Source: Flavobacteriaceae bacterium
GTDB taxonomy: Bacteria > Bacteroidota > Bacteroidia > Flavobacteriales > Flavobacteriaceae
Assembly (NCBI GenBank): GCA_038153605.1
Contig: JAYOYS010000001.1
Location: 57,527 to 121,526 of the forward strand
Length of the DNA: 64,000 bases
Direction: 5' to 3'
Shown here: one piece after another, positions 63,004 through 64,000 of the stretch
Position numbering within the stretch: position 1 is the stretch's first letter
How the letters are laid out: each line of letters begins with the position of its first letter
Notes under the pieces: generated by a model
The model's database searches: none
The model's input: only the letters and a program-made list of their open reading frames with translations
What the model was told of the DNA's origin: nothing
Program-made: the position numbers and the translations under genes

Positions 63004-63895
63004 TTCACCACAAGTCATATGTTGGGGTGAAATTCTTTGGGATGTTTTTCCAGACCATTCAGATATCGGAGGGGCGCCCTTTAATGTAGCACAAAGACTC
63101 AATAGTCTCGGGGTAAATACTCTTATGGTCAGTACTATTGGCCAAGATGAATTGGGTAATGGGGTTCTAGACTACATGAATCAAAGAGGACTCGCAACTC
63201 ATGGAGTATCAAAGGACCAAACTTTGGCCACAGGAAGGGTGAATGTCACTTTGGATCATCAAGGGATTGCTCAATACACAATCGAAGATCCAGCCGCCTG
63301 GGATGATATTGAGCTTGAAAAAGAATTGGAGTTTAGTCTTCAAGCGGCTCAAGTATTGGTTTTTGGCAGTTTAGCCATGCGCCACGAAGTCAATCAAATT
63401 CGCTTAAAAAAATTAATGCTGCCAAGCATTTTTAAAGTTTTTGATGTCAATCTTCGCCCTCCACACTTTGATTTGTCATGGATAAGACAATCAATTCAGG
63501 CAGCCAACATGATTAAAATGAATGAAGAAGAGTTGGATTTTTTATTTGGACAAACCCTTGATTTTCAATCCACGCACAACATTGACCAGCGATGCCAAAA
63601 ACTTTCGAATTACGATTCAAGTAAAGTTTGGTGTATTACCCTTGGTGGTGATGGGGCTCGATTATTCTACAAAGGGACTTGGTATAGACATTCGGGTTAT
63701 TTTGTTGAGGTAGTCGATACCGTGGGCGCAGGAGATAGTTTTTTGGCAGCCTTAATTCAGGCATTAATTATTTCTGTCAATTCACCAGAAAAGGCTCTGG
63801 ATTTTGCAGTTCAAATTGGAAGTATAGTTGCCGCCAAAGCTGGAGCGAATCCTGAGATTATGCCTTCTGATCAGATTATTTTAAAGCTAAAATAA
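62993..63895 (+). CDS. PfkB-family fructokinase
   Basis: GGAPFNVA and DTVGAGDSF motifs. 11-nt overlap with the transporter gene. Confidence 0.87.
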   Translation: MTADSPQVICWGEILWDVFPDHSDIGGAPFNVAQRLNSLGVNTLMVSTIGQDELGNGVLDYMNQRGLATHGVSKDQTLATGRVNVTLDHQGIAQYTIEDPAAWDDIELEKELEFSLQAAQVLVFGSLAMRHEVNQIRLKKLMLPSIFKVFDVNLRPPHFDLSWIRQSIQAANMIKMNEEELDFLFGQTLDFQSTHNIDQRCQKLSNYDSSKVWCITLGGDGARLFYKGTWYRHSGYFVEVVDTVGAGDSFLAALIQALIISVNSPEKALDFAVQIGSIVAAKAGANPEIMPSDQIILKLK

Positions 63896-63965
63896 AGGCC
63901 GCTCAACACACAATTTTATCCCATTTAAAAATGAATTTTTTGTTTTGCAGACGCTAAAATAAATT

Positions 63966-63973
63966 TATATTTG
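63966..63973 (+). promoter_or_regulatory. -7 promoter box TATATTTG (TATATTTGCACCC) at the window edge
   Basis: Exact TAnnTTTG match with the same extension as the two tRNA promoters. The transcribed gene lies beyond the window. Confidence 0.5.
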
Positions 63974-64000
63974 CACCCGCTGCAAAGCAATAACCGCAGC

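Overview
All calls are by eye from the ORF track and the raw sequence; no searches were run. The window looks like a chromosomal segment of a Bacteroidota genome, probably Flavobacteriia-like. The basis is SusC/SusD pairs, recurring TAnnTTTG -7 promoter boxes, mevalonate-pathway genes and a speA-speB-deoxyhypusine-synthase-like operon. I saw no rRNA, CRISPR array, transposase, integrase or phage gene.

Layout:
- 1-27.6 kb: mostly housekeeping. It holds dnaE with a fused DnaQ-like exonuclease domain, trxA, ruvC, hemW, two tRNAs, a TonB-dependent receptor, mevalonate genes, a polyamine operon and peptidases.
- 27.6-37.1 kb: a tightly packed 13-gene minus-strand array. Its core is an ArsS/ArsM arsenosugar-type gene set: a radical SAM/Cys-rich protein, an ArsM-like methyltransferase, an AhpD-like protein, DUF2064, a GT-A glycosyltransferase, PNP, DUF547 and a rhodanese. 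This core runs straight into a CC-motif membrane protein, two GT2 enzymes and an LpxR-like barrel.
- 37.3-41.3 kb: a sugar uptake and kinase operon.
- 41.5-58.6 kb: an unusual SusC/SusD locus. Its cargo is three about 1,110-aa paralogous FG-GAP/UnbV(ASPIC)-type lipoproteins, a PAP2/vanadium-haloperoxidase-like lipoprotein and a GyrI-like protein.
- 59.1-63.9 kb: a divergent LacI-GH32-MFS-fructokinase operon.

An identical 14-nt LacI-type operator-like sequence occurs in two intergenic regions and links the sugar loci. The two strongest leads are the extended arsenosugar-type array and the FG-GAP/UnbV SusCD locus.
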